The position numbers and the translations under genes were made by a program. Shown in pieces: positions 50,901 through 64,000 of a stretch of 64,000 nucleotides of DNA (positions are counted from its first letter, which is position 1; each line of letters begins with the position of its first letter). The notes under the pieces were generated by a model, which was not told the DNA's origin, did not search any database, and worked only from the letters and a program-made list of their open reading frames with translations. The DNA is taken from positions 248,001-312,000 of the forward strand of contig CDROCS010000335.1 in the NCBI GenBank assembly GCA_977020255.1, read 5' to 3'. The stretch comes from Obrimoposthia wandeli. Its lineage: Eukaryota.

Positions 50901-53900
50901 TGACTACCTGAAAATTTATATTGTTCTTTAATCAATATTTTATACGTGTTTTTAGTTTTTAGTTTGTTGAAAGTTGTGGGTTTCCATCCACCATGATGAA
51001 TTTCATGCTATAGAATATCAAAAATAATATATTGATCTGGTTTGAGGGACACTAGGGAGTTTTTCTTCTTTCTTCCCAACATTGAGATCAATCTTCTTGA
51101 AACGTTCCACAGTGGCATCAGTTGTGGGACGAAGCTAAATCCGTAGATTCATATTCTGAATATTTTTATCTTACAAATAGTTTAAAAATAGGAGTATTAA
51201 ATCCATTATCTACCAAAAGGAACATAATCCAATCGATACTGATAGCAATGCAGGTTCAGTATCATAGTATACTATATTTATGTGGAGAAATGTCTTTGTA
51301 AAACCTGGGAGTGTACTATACAGTAAAATACAGTAAATACAGGCAAATACAGTATATAAAAATAAAAAATGTGAAAATGGAAATTTGTAATTATAGGAAA
51401 ATAAGTACCCCTAAAAACCAACTACATTCTTATTTTTTAATACTTATCTAAAGAGATTCACAACTGAATACTTTAAAATGTGGGAACGATCAATAAAACG
51501 AAAACATTTTCAGTTTTAAACAACTTATAAAAATTTAAGTTTTCGAGTTTTACATGTAAACATATAAAAATGTCAATTACAAGCCAGTTCGTTTTTGATC
51601 GATAGTGTAGTTAGGTTTTTAGATTTCCATGATCTATAAAAGATCGGTATTATGTGTATGGCAAATACAGTATATAAAAATGAAAAATGTGAAAATGGAA
51701 ATTTGTAATTATAGGAAAATAAGTACCCCTAAAACCAAATACATTCTTCTTTTTTAATACTTATCTAAAGAGATTCACAACTGAATCATTTAAAATGTGG
51801 GAACGATCGATAAAACGAAAACATTTTCAGTTTTAAACAACTTATAAAAATTTAAGTTTTCGAGTTTTACATGTAAACATATAAAAATGTCAATTACAAG
51901 CCAGTTCGTTTTTGATCGATAGTGTAGTTAGGTTTTTAGATTTCCATGATCTATAAAAGATCGGTATTATGTGTATGTTTTCTTGTTTGTTTTACAGTAG
52001 CTATTATGTTTGTGATTTAGAGGTACATACATTATATAGGATCGCACACAAGAAATACAGTTTAACATCTGCATGAACAAAACATTTTACGTGAACAACT
52101 AAATTTAATTGGTTGACCTAATAATTAAAATATGGAAAAATATGTATGCCTATTTAGATATGCTCTTAAAATAAAGCATTATTTTGCAAACCATCCATTT
52201 TAAGGTAAATTTTAAAAAATGCAATAAAAATTCAATTAAAATAAATATTTTAAACTTAAAAAACTAAGTAAATTAAGACCTTGAAAGGTCATGAAAATGT
52301 GTTTCTAATCTAAGAAAAATGTAAAAAATACCGTGGAAGAATAAGAGACAAGTGAATTATCAACGAAAATCAGTCAACAAAAATCGTGAAAAGTTATATA
52401 TATATGGATATCGCAGCGACTGGAGTCAGTGACAGGAAGTCACCAATAATCCGGCATTGCTAGAGGACCAACACGCATTTAACCTCGTCTATTTCATATA
52501 ATTAGGAATTATTTAGTCGTGGTTTTGCAGCACAGCGGAATACGAGGTTGACGCGATATCTGGCACCATAAACATCCGGACTGAGGTAATTATTATAAAA
52601 GTCAAGTTATTATCGGTTTCCGTGGAATTGAAACACCGACAGCGACGAGAATCAGTGACAGGAAATCCCCGTCACTTATCGGATCAATTATACAAGCATC
52701 TAGCATCGGGATTTAATCAGCGGATAAGACAAGTATAAAAGGCGTTTCTTAGTCATTTCATCGCACAATATTTCAGAAACGTAATCAGAAATCGATCACG
52801 AGAGCGTTGTTACGCGTGAATCACAAATTTAGGTAGTTGCTGAGACTCGAAGGACCAATTGTTATATCACACAATTTTATTTAAACGAACGTTATCAGTA
52901 GAAGAACCCGGACAACTGAGGATATTGCGTATCAAGGCTTGACGAATTGGGGTGAATTTTCTTCAGACGAGAGAACCGCCAAAAAGAAGCAATTCGTATT
53001 TAGAGCAGAAAATCGGTGGGTTAACAAAGTAATTTGAAGTATTGTTTTGAACAACAATTAAGATAAGTATAAAGTAATTCGAGGAATTGTTTCGAAGTAA
53101 TAAGTAATTTGGAACAATAAGTATTATTTCTGAACTGTAAAGTATTGCAGTAAATAAGAACTAGGAATAAATAGTTAAGGTTTCGTAAGAACTAAATCAG
53201 GTCTGTAATATAGTGTTAAGGTTTTGGGAATTAAAATGTTAGATTCTGTATCGTTAATCATAAATTAACTCTCAATTCAAACCTTGTGTATACTATTTCT
53301 AGTATTGTCCCTTATTAAGTTTAGTGTTGATTTAGAGTAACTAGGATCAACTTACCGGTTGCGAATTAACCAGTGTGACGCTAGCCTATGTCCTGATATA
53401 TTCAGAGAGTTACCGTCGGCACTGATTGAGTCCAGCTTAATTTTGCCTATTTCGGGTCTTGGCTTTGCCAAACTATTTTTAAATTAAATTCAAATTTGGC
53501 CTAGTAGGCTTATTGATTCAGCCCCACACAACATTACAATAGTTTTATGGGATTTTACGTTTTCATGTACACAACTCTTTAACACATCACAAAAACCTTC
53601 AGACAAAAACAGATAGGCTACATCAATATGTAAGCTCTATCGCAACAAAAATCAAGTTGGGGGCCTCTGTACGAGATTTCTAAGAGTTTAAAAGAAAACC
53701 CCAACACATCTAATCCATATATTAATTTAAATTTACGGTACTTAGGAAGTAATTTTCCAAAATATATTGATAATATCAACTAACAAAATAAAATCACAAT
53801 CGGTATTCTTCAATTTAAACTTTTTATGACTAATATTTGCTAAATATATATGTTAGTAAACCCATAAAGTAAACCCGAGAACATCAAAACACGACGGGTG

Positions 53901-56900
53901 AAATATTATAAGAAATAGGCCGAATTTTGAGTCAATTTTTTCATAAATAGGAAGGTCTCAAAAATGGAAGTGGGCATCCGAACTCCCCCTTTCTGGAATT
54001 GAGTAATTCCTAAGATATTTTAAGTTGAATTTATTTTCAAAATTTCGCACGAAATAGTTCATTAAAGACGCTATATTTTGCAAGGTCACGTTTAATATCT
54101 AAAAAAGGTTAGGTATTTCAAAAACTGTTAGTTAAAAATCATATGAAAATATTTTCAAATTTAGGTATATTACGTTTTGTAAATATTGAGCACTCTATAA
54201 ATTTGTTTTTTTATTATATAATTTACATGTATACAAAAGAAATAACAATATAAATTAAAAAAAAAATTAAATTAAAAAAGTATGAAAAATATTATAAAAG
54301 AATAAAAAAAATCAAAATGCCAATATTGTGTAAATGCACAAGTAAACCGCAGAAAACGAGTTAGGCTGAATGATATTGAAACACGTTGCAGAAAATGTCA
54401 CAGATTCATTTGCAAAGAACATAGATATGACTTTTCAGTTTGTAAAACTTGTGGTTTTCAATAAATAATTGAATTCGTCTTTCGTCGTTTTTTGTATCGG
54501 TTTATTTCTCGATTTATCAACATTTTTTATTATGATATATTTTAATAATTTTTCTCAGTATACTTTTTATATTAACAAAAAAATGTTTTTTTTAATTTTG
54601 ACAAAATCACATGATCATTTTTGTAATTTGAATTATATTCATTCTAATGTTCTTTGTCCAGAAATTCATTTGTTTTACTAAAACTTAAAAACGAATTTTC
54701 TACTTTTTGAATAAGGATAATTTTCCGTTTAGTCCCGGAATCTATTACATGTAAGTTTATTTTTACGTAAATAAAGTTTAATTTCTTTATAGATTTATTT
54801 TCAAATTTGCACGATTCTCGGGTAATAAACGTTTTATTTAATTTCAAAAGTTTGCATATTTCAATTTAAATATTTATCTAAGTAATTTTAAACTAAGATT
54901 TGAAATAAGTTAAAAATAATGTTGAGATTTCCATAAATGAGCCATTTTAAAAGTTACGAATTTTCTTCTATAAACCAATGTTGAAAAAATGAATTTTATC
55001 TTCAAAATAATTTTAAAGTATTCATATTACTAATTGTAGTTTTATTTATATGAAATTATAAGTATAACTTATTTAATAATATAATATGTAAACATAATTG
55101 TAAAAAAATAATTATTTCGAAACCAGTTTCGTTTGAAATTTTGATTATTCACGAGTATTTAAACAAAGTTAATTCTACCAATTAATATGAAATGTTTTTA
55201 TAGGTATTTAGCAGTTTTAAATATTAAAAATTATATCTTTAAATATTTACTTTTATTTTAAATTGATTAGTTTAATATTCAGAGATGCCTGGTTGGGTTT
55301 ATTCCCTTGTAATAGATTTTATCCATAAATAAAATAAAACTCTAAGGAAGTGAATTTATTTTAATAAAAAATACTTACGTAGTTATAATTTATTTTATAA
55401 TTTTAAATTGTGATATTAAATTAATAAAATATGTTTTAGTATATTATCTTTTAATAAAATTTGAATAATCTATTAATTTTGAATAAATAATATCATAAAT
55501 ATTTAATTCTATTTAATTTAATTGACAACTCCTGGCAATATTTTTTTGGAGAACATTCACTCAGAACGTTTATTATTTTTGTAATATAATTTTTAATGTA
55601 GTTTTGAAAGGGATTTTGTTCAAATTTAACTATACTTCACAATATACGAGCTGAATATAAACATCAAAGTATAATCAAATAATAATTGCATGGCTGTTTT
55701 ATGTACACAAATTTCTAATTAAAATTAGAAAATTACAAAAATATCTGCTTTAAATAGTTCTACTTAAAATATTTCATCATTTTAAAATAGTAAATTATAT
55801 AATTTATCTTTATGAAACTATAATCAGATTCCAGTTACATTTCTTCTAAGATTCATTCACAAGTAAAACTAAACCACTAACTAATTCCGTTATTCTAATT
55901 TACAATATAATATTCGATCTTTATTATTTCATTAAGTACTAACAAAATTGATAAAAAAAATAGTTCACATATGCAATTTGACTAATGATAAAAAGCAATA
56001 AATTTTGTGTTTTAATAAATTTATCAAAAATATTGTCAGAAAAGTAAATCTTACTTGCTTTAAGTCTTTCAGTTTATTGATGAGCTTCATCTTCTGTTTA
56101 ATTAGCTTCTGTTGAGGAGTCATGTAACCGGAAGAATATTCTGGATTTGAGCATGCTTTGCTTATGATTGACTCAGTAATGCTTCCTGTATTTAGGAACG
56201 GACTATTGATTAATTAGTCAATGTCTGTCTCATTAAATTGGCAAACAATTCAGAGCCATTTACATTTGCTTCAAATAAATAAAAATATAAATAAAAATTT
56301 TCGGCTTTCCGTAAATCATAAAAATAATACCACTTCTTGTCTAAGTCATCAAATACTATAAAATTAAATTACAAATAATGGATTTCATTTTGTTTATAAA
56401 TTTTTCATTATTGAGTTAAACGCTAATTTTAAATTTTATATATAATATATTTTCATTCTCATATACTTTTAGTTAAAGTAAAATTCTTTGTCCTTTAATT
56501 TCGGAAATTAATAAATACTGCTTGTTTAAATTCATCATTAATTGATTATCCATTAATTTGAGCAGTTTTCAAATTACGATTTATGCAAATTATTAGACTA
56601 AATCAAGTTGAATTTTAAATGCCTTAACCAACAGTCAAATGAAATATCCATTTAGATAATTAATTGTCTTTCAATCGTAGATTTTACCACAAAACTAAAT
56701 GAGAATGTGAATAGTAACTTTATTTAATAGTTTTAAGTAAGAGTTGACGTCCGAAATGTTACTAATCATTTCTCTATTCAAATCGTATCTATATCGTCTG
56801 TTTATTTAATCAACTTAATTTATCTCTATGGATTGATTATAATTATATAAAAACTTATTTTAAAAATTAAATAATACCATTTTGATTATTTTCTGGCTTT

Positions 56901-57200
56901 GGTGGTATCAAATCTTCCGATTGCAGATTGTTGAAATCACCATTTTCGACTGAAGCAATTCTTGAAATATCACAGTGAAATTCTTTATCGTCAAAAAATA
57001 ATGAATCGTTAGATACATGAGTGGATTTAAGAACGTGTATGTCATCTGCGGAGAAACATGACTTCATTGAGCTAGCTGATTCGTCGTGGGTAAATAAACC
57101 AACTGATAATAGGCTTTTCCATTTCATTTGCGTTTTAGTGGGGATTATGAAGACTTCGTCAGGACCACAGTTGTCAATATCGACAGCTTGACTATTGATT
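47933..57200 (-). CDS. Unidentified multi-exon host gene encoding a coiled-coil protein (partial)
   Basis: Phase-compatible GT-AG exons: about 57200-56878, 56185-56055, 50663-50454, 48667-48489, 48002-47933 (KLIKQKMKLINKLKDLKQ|EKETTKNDIQKLEGFLEQK...ISELQ|ILYDIGTEKRRSSMSDLRFLEEV). Both ends unresolved. Confidence 0.65.
48990..49235 (-). pseudogene. Second Tc1/mariner relic (intronic)
   Basis: PSRSHDLTSIWILFCLKLKVYKHKIKSLDQLKNEITSAF, derived from the WPxRSPDLT...KVY motif. Confidence 0.7.
51342..51977. repeat. Tandem duplication, 2 x about 318 bp
   Basis: GGCAAATACAGTATATAAAAAT...GGTATTATGTGTATG starts at 51342 and 51660; near-identical. Confidence 0.9.
52320..53530 (+). mobile_element. LTR-like tract (possible solo LTR)
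   Basis: Internal direct repeat GCGAC...TCAGTGACAGGAA at about 52416 and 52642; TATAAAA at 52734; the end region is shared with 14571-14750. No TSD found. Confidence 0.35.
54315..54464 (+). pseudogene. piggyBac C-terminal cysteine-rich domain
   Basis: KCQYC...RCRKCHRFICKEHRYDFSVCKTCGFQ* has the CxxC...CxxC...CxxH...CxxC spacing of the piggyBac CRD. Confidence 0.75.
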
Positions 57201-57206
57201 TCTGTG

Positions 57207-58443
57207 TCTTGTTTGTAATTAATAGCAAGTTATTAATAGTTGATTTTGATTACAGAAAACAGTTGTAAATGACTACAAACTAGTTTTATTGATCGATTGA
57301 TTTGTCCTATGAAAATGTAAGAGCATATTTGACAATCACAGCACAATTTGTCGATCAACAAACTCAAAAATTAGCTTAAATGTGGAATTTTGGATTATTA
57401 AAAATCGAAGCAAATGTAACAATCTCATATTTTTATCCAATTAGATAAGTTTTGTCTCAAGTATAAATGTAAATTTCTAAAATTCACATCAAAATTGAAA
57501 TACTTAAATCTTGCTTGTCGTTAAGTATAGGACTTCTGAACTATATCCACATACCAATCTTCTAGAATTTCAAGGTAAGGATACACATTCTATCATATGA
57601 AGTGTTAAGGTTAGTATCTTGTTTGTAATTAATAGCAAGTTATTAATAGTTGATTTTGATTACAGAAAACAGTTGTAAATGACTACAAACTAGTTTTATT
57701 GATCGATTGATTTGTCCTATGAAAATGTAAGAGCATATTTGACAATCACAGCACAATTTGTCGATCAACAAACTCAAAAATTAGCTTAAATGTGGAATTT
57801 TGGATTATTAAAAATCGAAGCAAATGTAACAATCTCATATTTTTATCCAATTAGATAAGTTTTGTCTCAAGTATAAATGTAAATTTCTAAAATTCACATC
57901 AAAATTGAAATACTTAAATCTTGCTTGTCGTTAAGTATAGGACTTCTGAACTATATCCACATACCAATCTTCTAGAATTTCAAGGTAAGGATACACATTC
58001 TATCATATGAAGTGTTAAGGTTAGTATCTTGTTTGTAATTAATAGCAAGTTATTAATAGTTGATTTTGATTACAGAAAACAGTTGTAAATGACTACAAAC
58101 TAGTTTTATTGATCGATTGATTTGTCCTATGAAAATGTAAGAGCATATTTGACAATCACAGCACAATTTGTCGATCAACAAACTCAAAAATTAGCTTAAA
58201 TGTGGAATTTTGGATTATTAAAAATCGAAGCAAATGTAACAATCTCATATTTTTATCCAATTAGATAAGTTTTGTCTCAAGTATAAATGTAAATTTCTAA
58301 AATTCACATCAAAATTGAAATACTTAAATCTTGCTTGTCGTTAAGTATAGGACTTCTGAACTATATCCACATACCAATCTTCTAGAATTTCAAGGTAAGG
58401 ATACACATTCTATCATATGAAGTGTTAAGGTTAGTATCTTGTT
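57207..58443. repeat. Tandem triplication, 3 x 410 bp, apparently identical
   Basis: Units start at 57207, 57617 and 58027; a 7-nt TCTTGTT remnant at 58437. Confidence 0.95.
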
Positions 58444-58734
58444 AGTAGGTAGAAGAATGGAGTCTAGATCACTTGACCCCCCCCCCCTGTGTGCGCACAC
58501 AATGTTAAAGGATTTTTTTTTCAACATAAGGGTGTCTTGCCACACCATAAGGGTATATGTTGCCTCACCATAGAAATGTCACACCATGAAGGTATATGTT
58601 GACTCACCATAAGAATGTCACACCATAAGGGTATATGTTGCCTCGCCATAAGGGTCTGGCTCAGAAAAGTTAACATTGGGGGGAGGGGGGAAGGGTCAAG
58701 TGATCTAGTCTCCACCCTTCTTGTGTATACCACT
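58444..58734. repeat. Inverted-repeat-bounded 291-bp module with an internal minisatellite
   Basis: GGAGTCTAGATCACTTGACCC (58459-58479) versus GGGTCAAGTGATCTAGTCTCC (58693-58713); AGT...ACT outer ends; CCATAAGGGT-type repeats inside. Confidence 0.75.
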
Positions 58735-59600
58735 ATGGTCGTCCATAGATCAAAGGGTCAAGGTCAGTTTTGACTTGAAGGTTTTAAGGTATGGTCATGA
58801 CCGTCTATGGTTGGCCATCACATCTAAAGGATCATGGACGTCCATAATTCAAAGGGTCAAGGTCAGTTTTTACTTGAAACTTTGAAGGTATAATTAAGGT
58901 CAACTATGGTTGGCCATCACATCTAAAGGGTTGTGGTCGTCCATAGGTCAAAGGGTCGGACTCAGTTTTGACTTGAAACTTTGAAGGTATAATTAAGGTC
59001 AACTATGGTTGGCCATCACATCTAAAGGGTCATGGACGTCCATAATTCAAAGGGTCAAGGTCAAATTTGACTTGAAACTTTGAAGGTATAATTAAGGTCA
59101 ACTATGGTTGGCCATCACATCTAAAGGGTTGTGGTCGGTCATAAATCAAAGGGTCATGGTCAGTTTTGACTTGAAACTTTGAAGGTATAATTAAGGTCAA
59201 CTATGGTTGGCCGTCACATCTAAAGGGTCATGGACGTCCATAAATCAAAGGGTCAAGGTCAGTTTTGACTTGAAACTTTGAAGGTATAATTAAGGTCAAC
59301 TATGGTTGGCCATCACATCTAAAGGGTCATGGACGTCCATAGGTGAAAGGGTCGGGCTAAAAACAAAGTCAAGTTTAAAATATCAAGGTTTTAGTACATG
59401 GTTGGAATCATCTTTAGAAGACAAATTCAGTCATAAAGTATGGTCGGTCATATATGAAGGGTTCGGGATATAGACCAAATCAAGTTTTAAATGTCAAAGT
59501 TTTAATACATGATTGTATTCATCTTTAGAAGACGAATTCATCCATATATGTATGGTCGTCCATAGATGAAGGGTTAAAGAAAAGTTGGAATTTCATAGTT
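58735..59600. repeat. About 99-bp satellite (about 6 good copies, then degenerate copies)
   Basis: Units start at 58735, 58834, 58933 and onward; AAAGGGTCAAGGTCAGTTTTGACTTGAAAC...CTATGGTTGGCCATCACATCTAAAGGG. Confidence 0.92.
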
Positions 59601-60970
59601 TCAAGTACATGGTTGTATTCGTCAACATATTACGAGTTTAATCATGTAAAATTTTTATGGTCGTTCACAAGTTAAGGGTCAGATTTGGAACAAACATGAT
59701 AATTTTATTACATGGTTGTATTTGCATATGAAAATTGACTTCAAAGATACCCTTAAGGTCATGCATACTTTAAGAGGTCCTTGTGAAAAAAAAAAATAAA
59801 TAAAAATACTTGTAATTTTCTAAAATAAAAATATTTTTAAATTTAAATTTGTGCCAAATTATTTTGTTAGATATTAATAAAGTTAAACAAATTTTAATTT
59901 AACAAGTTTTTAAATATTAAAGTACCAACACATTTATCAATCAATTACGGTATGTGAAAGTTCACTCTTATCAGTTAAGGAATGTATTACGTAATAATAC
60001 ACACACTATTCTATGTGAAAATTTAGTACAAAGTTTTTCCCAGGCTTAGGCATCTAAAGAATTATGGTAAAAAAATTTTTAAATAACTTAAATTTCATGT
60101 CATAAGGGTCTTGGAGAAAAATACTTGTAATTTTCTAAAATAAAAATATTTTTAAAATTTAAATTTGTGCCAAATTTTTTATCGTTTCTTTGATTTAATT
60201 AAACAAATTTGATTTTAAACATAATGTTAATTATAAAATAATTAATAATTTGATAAAAATTCATCTTACCACAAGTTATTCATTGAATCCATTGATGTAT
60301 GTCCGTCAGCCTAATAGCATTATTCTATAATCTTACTGTAACTTTAGAAAAAATAACAAATTTATTACATTAAAATTTAAAAATTGCGCGTTTTTTTTTA
60401 TTGTTTACAATTAATGTATTTAAACAATGACGAAAATAGTTTCAAACGTAAAACAATTCATATTAATTATAACTAATTTATTAAAATAAACAAATTTACA
60501 AGTACTATTTGATATTTTTAAAATATAAATAATTTATTTAAAAAAATAATACTTCAAGTTCAAGTTAAATTTTGATAAAAGTCTGTAAAATGATAAATTC
60601 TAACATCTTTTTTGTTAAATTACCGCCATTTTTATATTATCCCTTTTGATGTATTTAAACAAATGTATATACAAACCTAATTATTATAACTATAAGTTAA
60701 ATATCTTAAATATTTATTAATTTTAAAATTGCATTATTTTATGATTGTAATTTATTCCTAAAATAATTTGTAATTTTCAAATTAATACTAGCAACCAATG
60801 AATAACATTAATAATATGTTTACATTATATTAATTAATATGTAAATTTTCATGTATGTGTTTTCTCTCACATAACTTTCACATGTTATAATGATCAATTA
60901 ACACTCACATAAATAATTAAAACATCCGTATAACATTCCTTAATTGATTTTTATTTAAACTGATAAAATT

Positions 60971-61205
60971 AACTTCATGTTATTCAAAGCTTACTGGTTA
61001 AAGAAATGTTTATTTATATAATTTGAGTATTAACTTTATTCAATTTTCACTATAAATATTCGAAAATATCTTTAACACATTCAAAATAATCATAACTTCA
61101 TGTTATTCAAAGCTTACTGGTTAAAGAAATGTTTATTTATATAATTTGAGTATTAACTTTATTCGATTTACACTATAAATATTCGAAAATATCTTTAACA
61201 CATTA
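60971..61205. repeat. Tandem duplication, period 123 bp
   Basis: AACTTCATGTTATTCAAAGCTTACTGG starts at 60971 and 61094. Confidence 0.85.
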
Positions 61206-61469
61206 AAAAAAAAAAATAACTTCAATTTTTTTTAAAAAATTTGTATCGAATATTGAAAATTCATTTGAAAACACATGTTAATCAAAGCTACTGAAAGCCT
61301 TGTCTATAAATTCGAATATCAAATCTTTAATAATATTGTTTTTTATGTAAATAAATCAAATTATGTATATATTCGATTATCAACTTAGTATTTATATTTA
61401 TTATTCGACTTTCTAAAATAATTAAAATGTCTTGTAAAAACACATAAAATTAATTATCGATTGTATGAA

Positions 61470-62430
61470 TTAGTACAAGTATGAATGCAAATATGAAGGC
61501 AAATACTAGTAAGAGCCTTAGCAAGTGAATGTAATTGAAAAAAAAATAAGAGTGTCGAGAGTTTGATTGAATGCAAGTGTAATTTAGACTATAAGTAAAT
61601 TAAAATAGAGTTTTCGTTGAATAAATTATAGTTAGATTGAATGCAAGTATGAATGTAAGTGAATGCTAGTATGAATTTCAATACAAGTAAGTGTCAAGTG
61701 CAAGTGAATGTAATTTAAAAATAAGAGTGTCAATAGTTTGATTGAATTCGAGTGTAAGTTAGACTATAAGTAAATTAAAATAGAGTTTTCGTTGAATAAA
61801 TTATAGTTAGATTGAATGTAAAATGAATGCAAGTATGAATTCAAGTGAATGCAAATACAAGCAAGAGTCTTAGCAAGTGAATGTAATTGAAAAAAATAAA
61901 AATAAGAGTGTCGATAGTTTGATTGAATGCGAGTGTAATTTAGACTATAAGTAAATTAAAATAGAGTTTTCGTATGAATAAAGTTATGTTAAGTTACAGT
62001 AAATTAATAACAAGTAAGCAACTATAAGAAGCAGTGATATTGAAGTATGTTAAAAATTAGAACGACTAAGTTATGGCAAGATTAATAGAAAACAACACTA
62101 AGTTTGACAGTATGAATGAAAATTAGTAAAATATTAATGTATTTGAATGTATTTGAATGATAGTTTGAATAAATTACAGTTAGATTGAATGTAAATGAAT
62201 GCAAGTATGATTGAATGCAGGGTCAAGTACAAGTAAGAAAGAATACGCAATATGCAAGTACAAATGTAAATTATGAATGAAAATTAGTAAATATATTAAT
62301 GAATTTGAATGCTAGTTTAAATATATGAGAGTTAGAATGAATGTAAGTGAATGCAAGTATGAATGTAAGTGAATGCAAATATGAATGCAAATACAAGTAA
62401 GAATCTTTTGCAAGTGAATCTTAAACTGCA
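61470..62430. repeat. GAATGCAAGT-rich complex satellite with about 175-180 bp higher-order units
   Basis: ATAAGAGTGTC...GTTTGATTGAAT...TAGACTATAAGTAAATTAAAATAGAGTTTTCG occurs three times among many GAATG(C/T)AA motifs. Confidence 0.8.
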
Positions 62431-63089
62431 AGTGAGTACTAGCTAATTATTAAATTAATACTATCAATTAATGAAAATGATGTTACAACCTGATTAAGTT
62501 ATAATAATCAAGATGTGATCTTTCAAATTTACACATGATTTACCTCCATGTTAGAGTTAATCTTTCATACATATTATTGCAATTAAATTTTAAAAATGGC
62601 TTATCTTATTTGATAAAATTTCTTGTTTGTAATATTTTTAAATAATTAGTTTAATTTAAATTCTTTTATTTTTAAATAACTTGATTATACAATTATATTC
62701 GTAAATATAATTGAAATTATCATTATTCGTTTCTCTTTCTTTTAACTATTCGAAAATATATTTAAATACAAATTTAGTAAATTAACTCAACAAACAATTT
62801 TATTTTTTAATTACTTGATATTTTGCCATTGTCCGTTTAATATAATATGAATATTCAATTTATTTCTTCAAAAATTCATTTTTATATGTTAAATAATATT
62901 CTTTATCACATTATTGTGGTTTTTATCAAGTGATTTTAACATTAAACTATAAAAAAAAAATATTTTAATTATAAAGTTAGTAGCTGTACCGCGCGTACTG
63001 CATATAATATAAATTTCAAATATAAAGTATTATTAAATGTATTCTTTCAAATAGTAAAAGTTCTTTAGATTTATTTAGTTTTGTTTACT

Positions 63090-64000
63090 AGACATTCGAA
63101 AAATTGACTTGTAAACTAAATATATTTTCGCATATATTCACTTTAATATGCTGTAAGTTATTACTTTAATATAATTTACAACCTAAACTTCAAGTAATTT
63201 ACTTAATAATCATAATATTAATGATTTGTATTTTTTGATAAAATTGACTTGTAAACATAAAATATTTACAACAAACCTCAAGTAGTTTACTTATTAATGA
63301 TAATTTAAGGATTTGTACAATAAATTGACTTGTAAACATAATTTATTTTGCATATTCATTTAATATATTGTAAGTTAATACTGTAATATTTCATTACATA
63401 AAAAGTAATTCATAGTTTACTGTCGTTTACAATAAATTGACTTGTAAACATAATTTATTTTGCATATATTTAGTTTAATACGTTGTAAATTATTACTGTA
63501 ATATTCCATTACATAAAAAGTAATTGATATTTTACTGTCGTTTACTATAAATTTACTTTGTAAACATAATATATTTATGCATATATATAACTTTAATATG
63601 TTGTAACTTATTACTTTAATATAATTTTCAACAAAAAACTTCAAGTAGTTTACTTATTAATCATAAGTTTAATGTTTAACTTGTCAATAAATTGACTTGT
63701 AAACATAATATATTTATGCACATATTCACTTTAATATGTTGTAAAGTTATTACTTTAATATAATTTTCAACAAAACCTTCAAGTAGTTTACTTATTAATC
63801 ATAAGTTTAATGTTTTGTACCATAAACTGACTTGTAAACATAATTTATTTTGGTATATATATTCAGTTTAATATGTTATAAGTTATTACTTTAATATTCC
63901 ATTACATAAAAATTAATTGATATTTTACTGTCGTTTACTATAAATTTACTTGTAAACATAATATATTTATGCATATATTAACTTTAATATGTTGTAACTT
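63090..64000. repeat. AT-rich satellite (AATTGACTTGTAAACATAA family), running off the window
   Basis: The motif and associated TTACTTTAATAT blocks recur roughly ten times. Confidence 0.85.

Noticed and set aside
53420-53470. CTGATTGAGTCC as a second hammerhead core
   Set aside because: No GAAA or stem III follows, and the paralogous copy near 14639 does not conserve it.
53874-54822. CCCGAGAA...TTCTCGGG as piggyBac TIRs around the cysteine-rich domain relic
   Set aside because: The match is only 8 bp and the flanks are TAAA and TAAT rather than TTAA; too weak to call.
58521-59600. Short repeats as a CRISPR array, and ORF 58521-58733
   Set aside because: There are no unique spacers and the context is eukaryotic; the ORF is a translation of a minisatellite.

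Overview
Eukaryotic (probably invertebrate animal; inference), very AT-rich genomic DNA with short GT-AG introns (some 31-50 nt). Two host genes lie on the minus strand: a 12-exon RBM26/RBM27 orthologue (768-8052) and an unidentified multi-exon coiled-coil gene (about 47933-57200). The 12-43 kb core is a nested stack of mobile elements whose order can be read from target-site duplications (TSDs). An older inverted Polinton/Maverick (copy B, about 15881-20442 plus 39900-43000) is split by a Gypsy-type LTR retrotransposon (20443-39899, TSD ATATT). The Gypsy RT is split by a full-length but decayed Polinton (copy A, 23149-37924, terminal inverted repeats (TIRs), TSD AACACA) carrying ATPase, integrase, minor and major capsid, protease and pPolB genes. 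The Gypsy integrase is split by a 918-bp TG...CA element (20691-21608) containing a type I hammerhead-ribozyme fold with one core substitution. A third Polinton left-end fragment lies at about 12.3-14.0 kb. PiggyBac, pogo and mariner relics are scattered through the window. From 57.2 kb to the end the sequence is a series of non-coding tandem arrays. All protein identities come from motif recognition by eye; no database searches were run.
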